Source: a virus
Lineage: Duplodnaviria > Heunggongvirae > Uroviricota > Caudoviricetes
Virus record (IMG/VR): IMGVR_UViG_3300006145_000007
Coordinates: 1 to 40,399 of that record
DNA length: 40,399 nt
Strand: one strand, 5' to 3'
The translations under genes were made by a program, and so were the position numbers. Shown piece by piece: positions 16,496 to 25,800 of the stretch; the first letter of the stretch is position 1; every line of letters starts with the position of its first letter. The notes below the pieces were generated by a model. That model was not told the origin of the DNA. It ran no database searches and saw nothing but the letters and a program-made list of their open reading frames with translations.

Positions 16496-17095
16496 ATGCC
16501 TACTACAACTACCGGCAGTAAGGTGAAGAAGACTACTGCCCCCAGGAAAACTACAGCGCGTGCGAAGAAGGATGCGACTGTACCCGTGGTTGCAGAAGCG
16601 ACTGCAAATGTGGAAGCCACTGAGACTTCCAAGCCAACCTTCAAGGTCAAGAAGGATCTCAGCCCCACTATGATCGTGACTGTCAAGAACGGGTTCAACG
16701 GCACCCTGGTGTATAAGAGCAAGCGCACAGGGGAGCTGTTCATTTGGGACGCTTTCGGCAGCGAGCAGGAGATGGAGCTTCAGGATCTGAAGGCCGCGAA
16801 GAACAGCTACAAGGCGTTCTTCATCAACAACTGGTTCCTGTTCGACGATCCTGAGATCGTGGAGTGGCTTGGTATGGAGCAATACTACAAGCACGCTTTG
16901 AATACAGAGTCGTTCAATGAACTGTTTGTCAGCGACCCAGAACAGATCGAGGAAACAATCGGCAAGCTGTCAGCCGGACAGAAGAAGTCGGTTGCTTTCC
17001 GCGCCAAGCAGCTCATCAAGGACGGCAAGATCGACTCCATCAAGGTGATCAACGCTCTGGAGAAGAGCCTTTCCATCGAGTTGATCGAGCGGTAA
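16496..17095 (+). CDS. Hypothetical virion-module protein (YonA-like position)
   Basis: K/T/A-rich low-complexity N-terminus and a globular C-terminus. RBS is GAAAGGA. Confidence 0.65.
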   Translation: MPTTTTGSKVKKTTAPRKTTARAKKDATVPVVAEATANVEATETSKPTFKVKKDLSPTMIVTVKNGFNGTLVYKSKRTGELFIWDAFGSEQEMELQDLKAAKNSYKAFFINNWFLFDDPEIVEWLGMEQYYKHALNTESFNELFVSDPEQIEETIGKLSAGQKKSVAFRAKQLIKDGKIDSIKVINALEKSLSIELIER

Positions 17096-17106
17096 GGGGG
17101 TGTCGT

Positions 17107-17553
17107 ATGAGCATCTCTTATGATGTGTTCACCGGCGCTTTCCTTGGGAAGGTGACCGAATACGACTTCCTGCGTCTGGACGACCATGATCGAAACGCAA
17201 CTGTGGACGGCTACATGAAGCGCGCTTGCGCAGAGTTCAACAAGATATGTAAGTACGATCTGCTTGACCGGGATGACGTAGTCCGAGAGTTTGCCACCGA
17301 CATCCCGGAGGAAGATCTGGACGAGATCGTAGATATCGTATCAGAGGGGATGCTCGTACAGTGGATGAAGCCGTATTTCTACAGAGCAGACAACCTTGAG
17401 AACATTCTGAACACAGCGGATTTCTCTGCCTATTCTCCTGCAGAGTTGCTGTACCGTATCACCAATGCCTACAATGAAGCGAAGAGGGACTTCAGAAATA
17501 TGATAAAGGAATACTCCTACGCCCACGGAGATCTGGTGCATCTGGCGCTATGA
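17107..17553 (+). CDS. Putative head-tail adaptor
   Basis: 148-aa helical protein in the neck region. The function is assigned from synteny only. Confidence 0.5.
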   Translation: MSISYDVFTGAFLGKVTEYDFLRLDDHDRNATVDGYMKRACAEFNKICKYDLLDRDDVVREFATDIPEEDLDEIVDIVSEGMLVQWMKPYFYRADNLENILNTADFSAYSPAELLYRITNAYNEAKRDFRNMIKEYSYAHGDLVHLAL

Positions 17554-17879
17554 AAACAGTGAACGGATACAACCTCTCATCCGAGATGGTATCAAACTAT
17601 CTGGGCGGACTCGTAAATCAGTTCTTCAAAATCCTCCCCATCAAGGAGAGTGGGGAGCCCTCTCTGAACGAGTTTATGAGGAGTCTCCAGGTTGAGCTGC
17701 TTGGGCATAAGAGTCTGATGCGATACCTGGAAAACGACTCGATGTATATGACGCTTTTGTCTATCCTTGAGTATCTTATCAACAACGATTGTGAGACGCA
17801 CGTCGTGAAGCGTGAGGTATTCAAGGCAATCTCAATCTGTAAGAAGCTGCGTAAAAAGTATTGTGACAAGGGGGCGTGA
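17550..17879 (+). CDS. Hypothetical protein
   Basis: ATGA overlap with the upstream gene, 109 aa. Confidence 0.65.
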   Translation: MKTVNGYNLSSEMVSNYLGGLVNQFFKILPIKESGEPSLNEFMRSLQVELLGHKSLMRYLENDSMYMTLLSILEYLINNDCETHVVKREVFKAISICKKLRKKYCDKGA

Positions 17880-17883
17880 TCCT

Positions 17884-18696
17884 ATGAGTGTATGGAGCAC
17901 TTACGAGGCACGGTTCGCACCGGATGATCCGACTATGGACCCGAGGCGAAATTCTGTACAGGATCATATCCGGAGCAGGATGCGGCGCAAGATCACCGTG
18001 TCCCTGTCATACAAGCGCGTACAGTGCGAGGGGCGTGATATACAGCTTGCCATCGTTGATACGGCAAACGACCTGAGCGCCAAAAAGATATTCTCTATGC
18101 CGGAAGAGGAACTCCCGCACGGCTCTATCATCGAGTGGGGTGACTCCCGCTGGTTGGTCACAGAGGCCGACTTTGGGAATGATCTCTGCCAGGAAGGTAA
18201 GATGCGCCGGTGTAATTATTACCTGAAGTGGATCAACTCCAAGGGTGATATCATCGGGCGCTGGTGTGTCGTGGAGGACGGCACCAAGTATCTGATTGGT
18301 GAACGGCAAGAGGATATGCTGGCGGTTGGTGACGCCAGAATGGCAGTCACGCTCGGCAGGGACTCAGAGACAACTCAGATCAATCGTGGAAGGAGATTCC
18401 TGATTGACGATATGGACTCACAAGAAGTTCTTGCGTATGAGGTGACCAAGCCAAACAAAATGTTTAACGTCTTCAACGGCAAGGGTGTGATCCGCTTTAT
18501 CATGGGCGAGTCTGAGCTGACAGATCTCGACAACCCGGAAGCGCGGATTGCAGACTACTATGGTTGGAAACCGGAGGAAGCAAAGCCCGTACCTGACACA
18601 AAGAAAGATGTTCCTTTCGAGGAAATGATTTCACAAGCTGAGCAGGAGGCAAAGGATAAGCCTGAGCAGATAGAGAAAAGTGGGGTGTGGCTGTAA
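17884..18696 (+). CDS. Putative head-closure/neck protein
   Basis: GGGGGCGTGA RBS then ATG 17884. Beta-rich GDxI.W..WLV-like motifs and neck-region synteny. Confidence 0.55.
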   Translation: MSVWSTYEARFAPDDPTMDPRRNSVQDHIRSRMRRKITVSLSYKRVQCEGRDIQLAIVDTANDLSAKKIFSMPEEELPHGSIIEWGDSRWLVTEADFGNDLCQEGKMRRCNYYLKWINSKGDIIGRWCVVEDGTKYLIGERQEDMLAVGDARMAVTLGRDSETTQINRGRRFLIDDMDSQEVLAYEVTKPNKMFNVFNGKGVIRFIMGESELTDLDNPEARIADYYGWKPEEAKPVPDTKKDVPFEEMISQAEQEAKDKPEQIEKSGVWL

Positions 18697-19193
18697 TGCT
18701 TCTGAACGAATTTTTTGACTATAAGAACAAACTGATGGAGACGCTTTGCCGCAACGAGAATATTGTGCGGCTTGTCACGGACAGCAAAGATGCACCTGTC
18801 CCGAACTACACGCTTGCGTATAACCGTATCTTCCCGTTTGAATTTGTCCCGGATACCGTGGACGACGGCGATACCTTTATATGCTTTGATGTGGATATCG
18901 CTCGGGTGTCAGACAAGGTGTACTATAAGCCCGTGCTATACGTGTGGGTGTTTACTCATAAGAGCAAGATACGTTTGGAGGAAGGTGGTATCCGAACGGA
19001 TCAGCTTGCCGTTGAGATTAACAAGGAGCTGAGCGGCAGCAGGTACTTTGGACTTGGCGAATTAGAGCTGTACTCGGTTGGGCGGTTCGCTCCCATTACA
19101 GACTTCCAAGGACGTGTTATGGCTTATGCCGCCACGGACTTCAACAGGCCAGGTATCTCCAAGAAGCCGCCAGCGAACCGTAAGCATCCATGA
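18696..19193 (+). CDS. Putative tail completion/terminator protein
   Basis: TAATG overlap gives ATG 18696. It lies in the neck region before the tail tube. Confidence 0.5.
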   Translation: MLLNEFFDYKNKLMETLCRNENIVRLVTDSKDAPVPNYTLAYNRIFPFEFVPDTVDDGDTFICFDVDIARVSDKVYYKPVLYVWVFTHKSKIRLEEGGIRTDQLAVEINKELSGSRYFGLGELELYSVGRFAPITDFQGRVMAYAATDFNRPGISKKPPANRKHP

Positions 19194-19903
19194 GCCTCGG
19201 CTATTTATATGCGCGCTCTTGTCCAATCAATGACCATATCTCGATCATGGTTCCGACTGTTGGTCAGATATGGGACAGAGAGGCGGAATACTACGGACTG
19301 ATTACATCCATTATCGCAACGCCATCAGACTTTATGGTACAGCTCGATGACATAGGGATCGACTTTTCGACGATCTCTCCGTTCGAGCTTTTTTTGCTGC
19401 TCTTCAACGGGTTGAAAGGCACTGATACCAGCATAGTGTTTGGTGACCTCGACCTGTCTAAGTTCAAGACGGCAATCAACGAGCAGAACGGCAAGGTCGT
19501 TCTTGTTGACACAGAGAACGATGTCGTGATCGATAGAGCGATACATGACCAGATACGTCGTACCATCCGCAAAATCAACCACCTTGAGAATATGGACAAG
19601 AAGCCGGGCAACGAAGAAGCCAAGAAATACATGATCGAGCGTGCCCGCATGAAGCAGAGAAGGTCTGCACACAGGAAGCACAAGTCGCAGTTGGAGGATT
19701 TGATCATCGCTATGGTGAACACGGAACAGTACAAGTATGGGTACGAGGAAACTCGTGACCTAACTATCTACCAGTTCCACGCAAGTGTCTACCAGATTAT
19801 CAAAAAGATCAACTACGACAATACGATGATCGGATGCTATGCTGGCACGATCAACGCGAAAGAACTGAGCCAGGACCAACTGAACTGGCTGACATCAAAA
19901 TAG
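19190..19903 (+). CDS. Hypothetical tail-module protein
   Basis: ATGA overlap, 237 aa, with codon usage like its neighbours. Confidence 0.65.
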   Translation: MSLGYLYARSCPINDHISIMVPTVGQIWDREAEYYGLITSIIATPSDFMVQLDDIGIDFSTISPFELFLLLFNGLKGTDTSIVFGDLDLSKFKTAINEQNGKVVLVDTENDVVIDRAIHDQIRRTIRKINHLENMDKKPGNEEAKKYMIERARMKQRRSAHRKHKSQLEDLIIAMVNTEQYKYGYEETRDLTIYQFHASVYQIIKKINYDNTMIGCYAGTINAKELSQDQLNWLTSK

Positions 19904-19916
19904 GAGGAAGATAACT

Positions 19917-20759
19917 ATGGTTAATGTGAATGACATCACCGTTACCAGTATCGAAACGATCACCGCGTTTGATATTGGCTCAGGCGCATTCAAGTGGGTC
20001 CTGGACGAGCTGCAGAATGCGAAAATCGCCAACACCCAGGAGACCACCGACATCACCGGTAAGCAGGGGCGCCTGCTGAATACCCTGAAGAAGAACAAGG
20101 CCGTGACCGTGAGCGGCAGCAACGGTCTGATCTCCGGCGGTCTGCTTGAGACTCAGGTTGGTAACGCCTTTGAGAACAAGCTGACCAACATCATGTACCC
20201 GGACTATCTGACCGTCACTGGCAATGAAGCGACTACGTCCTTCAAGGCCGTTGGCACCGCAGGCAATGAGATCGAGACTATCTATATCCGCAACGCCGAC
20301 GGCACTCTGGGCAAGGCTCTGACTCAGGACACCACCGCATCCGCTGGCAAGTTTGCGTATGACCCCACCACCCGCAAGATCACCTTCTACGCCGGCGATC
20401 CTGCCGCGTCTCCCGCTGTCCCTGCCGACCTGCCTGACGGGACTGAGATCGCTGTGTACTACTTCCGCAAGATCCAGGCCAACGTGCTGGAGAATATGTC
20501 TGACCACTATTCCGAGAAGGTGTCCCTGTATATCGATGCCTTCGCTGAGGACAAGTGCGCCAACATCTACCGCGTGCAGTTCTATATCCCCAAGGCCGAC
20601 TTCAACGGCAACTTCGACCTGGAGTTCGGCGAGAACCAGAGCGCCCATGCGTTCGAGGCCCGCTCCCTGGCGGGCAATGCGTGCAACGGCACCGGTGGCG
20701 GCGCCGCTACCCTGTGGACTTATACCATCTTCGGCGAGAATACCGAGGACGCAGAATAA
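19917..20759 (+). CDS. Major tail (tube) protein
   Basis: 280 aa, beta-rich and T/G/A-rich, with strong codon bias like the capsid gene. GGAGG RBS, upstream of the TMP. Confidence 0.75.
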   Translation: MVNVNDITVTSIETITAFDIGSGAFKWVLDELQNAKIANTQETTDITGKQGRLLNTLKKNKAVTVSGSNGLISGGLLETQVGNAFENKLTNIMYPDYLTVTGNEATTSFKAVGTAGNEIETIYIRNADGTLGKALTQDTTASAGKFAYDPTTRKITFYAGDPAASPAVPADLPDGTEIAVYYFRKIQANVLENMSDHYSEKVSLYIDAFAEDKCANIYRVQFYIPKADFNGNFDLEFGENQSAHAFEARSLAGNACNGTGGGAATLWTYTIFGENTEDAE

Positions 20760-20776
20760 TCTGAGAGGTGGTCGCA

Positions 20777-21055
20777 ATGCCGAAACAGACGAAAGAGTGC
20801 CGCGTTTGCGGCAAGACGTATGAGTCCTGTCGAAGCATCAAGACCGGCAGCAGCGCATTCAACTGGAGAGAGATGTGCTGTTCTCCTGAGTGCGGTCAGA
20901 TTTACTTCCAGCGCGTCCAGGAGGCCCGTAATCCGCTTCCTAAGACGAAGGCCAAGAAAGTACATACCCCGCGCAAAGGTGCCGTTGTGGAGGCTCCTAC
21001 GGCCTCTGAAGATGGTTCGGCAGAACAGCCCGCTGAGGTAGCGGACGAAACATAA
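20777..21055 (+). CDS. Small zinc-binding protein
   Basis: CRVCG...C...CCSPEC motif. GAGAGGTG RBS then ATG 20777. Confidence 0.7.
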   Translation: MPKQTKECRVCGKTYESCRSIKTGSSAFNWREMCCSPECGQIYFQRVQEARNPLPKTKAKKVHTPRKGAVVEAPTASEDGSAEQPAEVADET

Positions 21056-21061
21056 TTCAAA

Positions 21062-21101
21062 GGGGGAGGAGGAGAAACTTTATTCTCCCCTCCCCGTTTT
21101 T
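21062..21101 (+). terminator. Intrinsic terminator
   Basis: GGGGAGGAGGAGAA...TTCTCCCCTCCCC followed by GTTTTT. Confidence 0.7.
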
Positions 21102-21114
21102 GTGTGGTGAAAAC

Positions 21115-21672
21115 ATGAATATCCTCGCAATCGACCAGGCGCGTAACGGTGCTTGGTCTGTTTACAATTACGAAAAAGGTGAGCTGATCGGCTATGGTAC
21201 TTACGAGTTCCCGCTTGAGAAGTATACCTATGCCAAGGCTATCATGCACATAAAAGAGTTAATCTATGCTGTCATGAAAGCGTACGACGTTGAGGCTGTC
21301 TTCGTGGAGGATATCCAGATGCGCGCATCGGTATCTTCGTTCAAGAAGCTGGCTCAACTGCAGGGCGTCCTCGTGAACCTCTTTGAGGAGAACGAATACT
21401 TGTATGGCTATATCGCCCCGTCTCAATGGCAGAACTTTTGTAAGGCGCGTGGGCGCAACACAAAAGAGAAGAATGCCCGCATTATTGAGCTGGAACATTC
21501 CGGGAAGAAGCAATCAAAGATTCTGTCCATCCAGTTTGTCAAGGATCAATTCGGAATCGATACGGACAATGATGATTTGGCTGATGCAATCTGTCAGGGG
21601 TACTATATCGTGAACGCGGTAGAGATTCTGAAAACAGATAAATCTGTTAAGAAACGCGGCGAAAAGAAGTAA
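21115..21672 (+). CDS. ruvC: RuvC-like Holliday junction resolvase
   Basis: ILAIDQ (D), VFVEDI (E) and NDDLADAI (D..D) catalytic motifs. The start is ATG 21115 after GTGGTGA. Confidence 0.8.
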   Translation: MNILAIDQARNGAWSVYNYEKGELIGYGTYEFPLEKYTYAKAIMHIKELIYAVMKAYDVEAVFVEDIQMRASVSSFKKLAQLQGVLVNLFEENEYLYGYIAPSQWQNFCKARGRNTKEKNARIIELEHSGKKQSKILSIQFVKDQFGIDTDNDDLADAICQGYYIVNAVEILKTDKSVKKRGEKK

Positions 21673-21684
21673 AGGAGAATTAAA

Positions 21685-22347
21685 ATGAGCAAGAAATCCA
21701 ACAAAATCTCTGTCAATAAGCTGGAGTCCACAATGCAGAACAATGTGGTGTCCATCCCGATGGCAGGCTATGAGGATATTGAGATTGTGGTGCGGCGTGT
21801 GCTTCCTCTGCGCGATGTGATGCAGTTCGTGGAAGACGTGGTGTCGTCATGCGTTGACCGGGACACCGGCAGCTACATCCCCGAGGTTCAGGCGTTTGCA
21901 ACACGCGCCTGCGTCCTGACGCAGTATGCGAACTTCACATTGCCGAAGGACAGCGAGAAGCAGTATGACCTCGTGTATAACACCAGCGCGTTCCATCAGG
22001 TGATGGATGTCATTGACCGCGCACAGTACGACGAGATCCTGTACTCCATCAACGAGCGCATCAAGCATGAGGTGGCGATGATGGAGAGTTCTATGGCGGC
22101 TCAGATCGCTGATATCACTGCGAAGCTCGATCACTTCGTGGAGACCAGTGAGGCCATGTTCGGTTCCGTGAGTGACAAGGACATGTCTGCTCTTATCCAT
22201 GGTCTTGCGAACGGCGGGCGGTTGGATGAGAAGAAAATCGTAGACGCCGTGATGGATGCGCGCCGGCAGGAAAATGCTGCAGAGCATGAAGACCCTGTGG
22301 TCTCATCCGACGGAGAAGTGATTACGCTCCGCAAAAAGAAAGGCTGA
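21685..22347 (+). CDS. Hypothetical protein, candidate tail assembly chaperone
   Basis: 220-aa acidic helical protein between tail tube and TMP. RBS is AAGGAG. Confidence 0.55.
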   Translation: MSKKSNKISVNKLESTMQNNVVSIPMAGYEDIEIVVRRVLPLRDVMQFVEDVVSSCVDRDTGSYIPEVQAFATRACVLTQYANFTLPKDSEKQYDLVYNTSAFHQVMDVIDRAQYDEILYSINERIKHEVAMMESSMAAQIADITAKLDHFVETSEAMFGSVSDKDMSALIHGLANGGRLDEKKIVDAVMDARRQENAAEHEDPVVSSDGEVITLRKKKG

Positions 22348-22352
22348 TTACT

Positions 22353-22808
22353 ATGCCAGACTATGATAACTGGGAGGAACTTTGCGAAGCTGCGCAGGGT
22401 AGATGTAAAGATATCCTGAACAGAGATGTCGCGCCTGTTGCCATCCAAATCGTGAAGAAGCATATCCAGAAGGACATCTATGATGCGTATACGCCAATCA
22501 CTGGCGGATGGGTAAACGGGACAACATACAGCCGGCGCCATGTGCTGGAAGGTTCTGTGTATCACACCTTCATTCACGACGATGAAATCATGGTGACAAG
22601 CAACGCGACGGCATCCAAGTCTGTGGTGAAGGGATATAGCTTCCATAATCGCAGGCCAGGTTCCTTCCTCCAATTATTGGAGTCTGGTCATATGGGTATT
22701 TGGAGGCACGGGTTCCCGCGCCCAGCGATCGGGAACGCACAAAGTGAGATCGACCGAAGCTCGGCTATCCGCTCAGCTATACAGGCTGGTCTCGACAGAT
22801 ACTTTTAA
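22353..22808 (+). CDS. Hypothetical tail-associated protein (possibly HK97 gp10-like)
   Basis: 151 aa immediately upstream of the TMP, with a GAAAGG RBS. Confidence 0.5.
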   Translation: MPDYDNWEELCEAAQGRCKDILNRDVAPVAIQIVKKHIQKDIYDAYTPITGGWVNGTTYSRRHVLEGSVYHTFIHDDEIMVTSNATASKSVVKGYSFHNRRPGSFLQLLESGHMGIWRHGFPRPAIGNAQSEIDRSSAIRSAIQAGLDRYF

Positions 22809-22813
22809 TTCTG

Positions 22814-22842
22814 ACGGACTGGGTTTATCCCGGTCCGTTTTT
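22814..22842 (+). terminator. Intrinsic terminator
   Basis: ACGGACTGGG-tttat-CCCGGTCCGT followed by TTTT. Confidence 0.7.
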
Positions 22843-22859
22843 CAAGGGACGGTGAAAAA

Positions 22860-25800
22860 ATGGCAGGTTATGGGTTTGGTGCAAAGGTAAAACTTACTGT
22901 TGACAGGTCGAGGAAGGCCGAGTTCAACAAGCAGATCAGTGACATGGTCGGTCAGATCAAAGTCAGCAATAAGTTTACGGTTCTGCAAAAGGACATGGAC
23001 CGTGTGCGCAGAGAAGCGCAAGCCATGCTGAACAGCAATCCGCTGACTTTGAAGGTGAACAAGATTGACTGTTCTGCCGCCGTGAATGATGTAAAGAGAC
23101 AGCTCCAGACAATGCTCAGCGCTCTGAGTGTATCAAATGGAGTGAACATCACAGGGCTCAAAGACTTCATCGGGACTGACGGTATGGACGCCGCTATGCG
23201 TAATACTGCGGACGCCGCAAATGCTGCTGTCGCGAAGATGAACGAAGCGCAGGCCGCTACGGCGAGACTGTCCGGTCAGATGGAAGTCCTGAACACTATT
23301 GCGAAGAGTGTAGCATCTACATACAAACGCGGCACTACCGGCAATGGGATGATTGCAGATGAAGCAGAAGTCCAGAGGATTACTGCCGCGTATAACACAT
23401 GGATACAGAAAGTCAGAGAAGCTCAGGCTACTCGTTCTGGTGATATCGAGGCTCTCCAGCAGGAGGGTCTTGCCATTCAGAGGAATATCACTGCACTCCA
23501 GAATAAGCAGACCGAGGAGCGCCGCGCGCAAGCCGCCGCAGAGAAAGCAGCCAGGGCCGCAGAGTCCGCTGCTGAAAGAGCGGCAGCCGCGAATGAGAGT
23601 GAAGTCGCCTCCTTGAAACAGGTGTCCTCACTGCAGGAGCGCATGGCGAGATTCCTGAGATCCAACAGCCGTGTCTCTGTCTCCGATTTTGGTACACAGA
23701 TACGCACCATGCTCATGGAACTGAACTCTGGTTCTACGATTACAACAGAGCGGTTGCGTGAGATGGAGGGCGCCTTTGTCAATATCAGGTCGCAGGCGCT
23801 GCAGACCGGTGTTGTTGGGCGCACAGTCTTTGATTCTCTGCGCAGGGCGTATGAGAAGTTTGGCGGGTGGATGCTGATCACCCGGAGCCTGACTGCTGCA
23901 ATCCACACTATCAAGAATATGATCTCAAGCGTCAGGGAGATCGACGGCGCGTTAACGCAGCTCAAGATCGTCACTGGCGCTACAGACGAACAGCTTACCG
24001 CATTCCTCCAGAATGCTACCGTGTTGGCGAAGGATCTCGGTCAAAGCATTAAGGATGTGCTTGGCTCCATCGAGACATTCAGCCGACTGGGCTACAATTT
24101 GGTTGACGCATCTGAGCTCGCGGAGTATGCGACAATTCTTTCCAACGTCGCTGCGGTGGACACAGAAGCTGCAACGACTGGTCTGACCTCAATCATCAAA
24201 GGCTACAACATGAATGTGGCTGAGGCAGAGCATGTGGCTGATGTTTTGGTGCAGGTCGGTCAGAAATACGCGGTTTCCGCCAGTGAAATGATGGAGGCTT
24301 ATGAGAAGTCCGGTGCCGCCCTGAATGCGGCGAACACCAGCTTCGAGAAGTCAGCCGGTCTGATTGCCGCTGCGAATGCTTCTGTCCAGAACGCATCCAC
24401 AGTTGGTACAGCTTTGAAGACGGTCTCCGCCCGTATCCGTGGAGCGAAGTCAGATCTTGAAGCTCTTGGAGAAGAGACCCATGATCTTGCGCAAGGGTTC
24501 TCCAAGTATGCGGAAGAGATCAAGGCGCTGACCGGATTTGATATTATGGTGGAAGGAACCACCGACACCTATAAAGATATTTACGATATCTTTGAGGGAA
24601 TCGCAAAGGTATGGGACAAGCTGTCTGATACGCAGCAGGCCCGTGTGTCAGAGATCCTTGGTGGTACGAGACAACTCCAGGTTATCTCGTCCATCCTTGG
24701 TAACTGGAAAGATGCTGCCGGCGCCTACTCAGATGCAATGACATCTGCCGGTACAGCTACACAGGCCAACGCGACGTACATGGAATCTATCAACGGTAAG
24801 ATCGGTACGTTCAATGCGACATTCCAGGAACTCAGCACCAATATATTCAGCTCTGGTCTGGTAGAGTTCTTCGTCGAACTCGGTACGGCGATTCTGTCTG
24901 CGCTCAATGCGCTTGCGAAGATCAACCTCTTGCTGCCGGCAATCATATCCATGGTGGTTGCTATCAATGGTATCAGAGCTGGTCTCGCTGCAATGCGCAG
25001 CGCAACTGCTGCTGCGGAAACTGCATCTACGATCAATACGATTGTGGCAAAGCTCGTGGCGGAAAAGACCGCGACGGATGCTCTGGCGGTTTCCATTGCA
25101 AATCTTACAATCGCCGAGAAGGCAGAGTTAGCCACAAAGATCCAAGCTGCTGTTGTAAGCGGGTCGCTGACTGCTGCACAGGGAGAACAGATCCTCACAA
25201 CGCTTGGGCTTGCCGGGGCAGAGGGTACTCTCACTGGCGCCAACGTGACGCTCGCTGCGAGCTTCAAGGCTCTTATGGCATCCATCCCCGTGTGGGGCTG
25301 GATCGCGCTTGGTATCACTGCTGTTATCACGGCTGTCACCGCTCTTGCTAACGGTTATAAGAGCAGCGAAGAACGGCTCGCAGAACTGAACGAGGAGCAC
25401 AATGAACTGATCCGTAGTGTCAGGACAGCCGAGAGCGAGTTCAGGAGTCTGCGTGATTCCGCGGACGATGTGATCCCAAGGTTCGCTGAGCTTGCCAAGG
25501 GTGTGAACCAGTTTGGTGAGAACGTAAGTCTGACAGACGAGGAGTACCAAGAGTTCCTGTCTCTCAACAACCGTATCGCGGAGATGTTCCCTGAACTTAA
25601 CCTCGGTATGGACAGCAACGGGAATGCAATGCTCGCTCTGTCTTATTCCGCAGATACTCTTACTGAGTCTCTGTATGCGCTCGTAGAGGCTCAGCGTCAG
25701 GCCGCTGCTGCAGAAATTGCCGAGAAGATTCCAGAAGAACTCGAAAATATTAAAGCGGCTGAGAAAGAATACGAGAAGCAGATCCGGCGCGCAAAGGATG

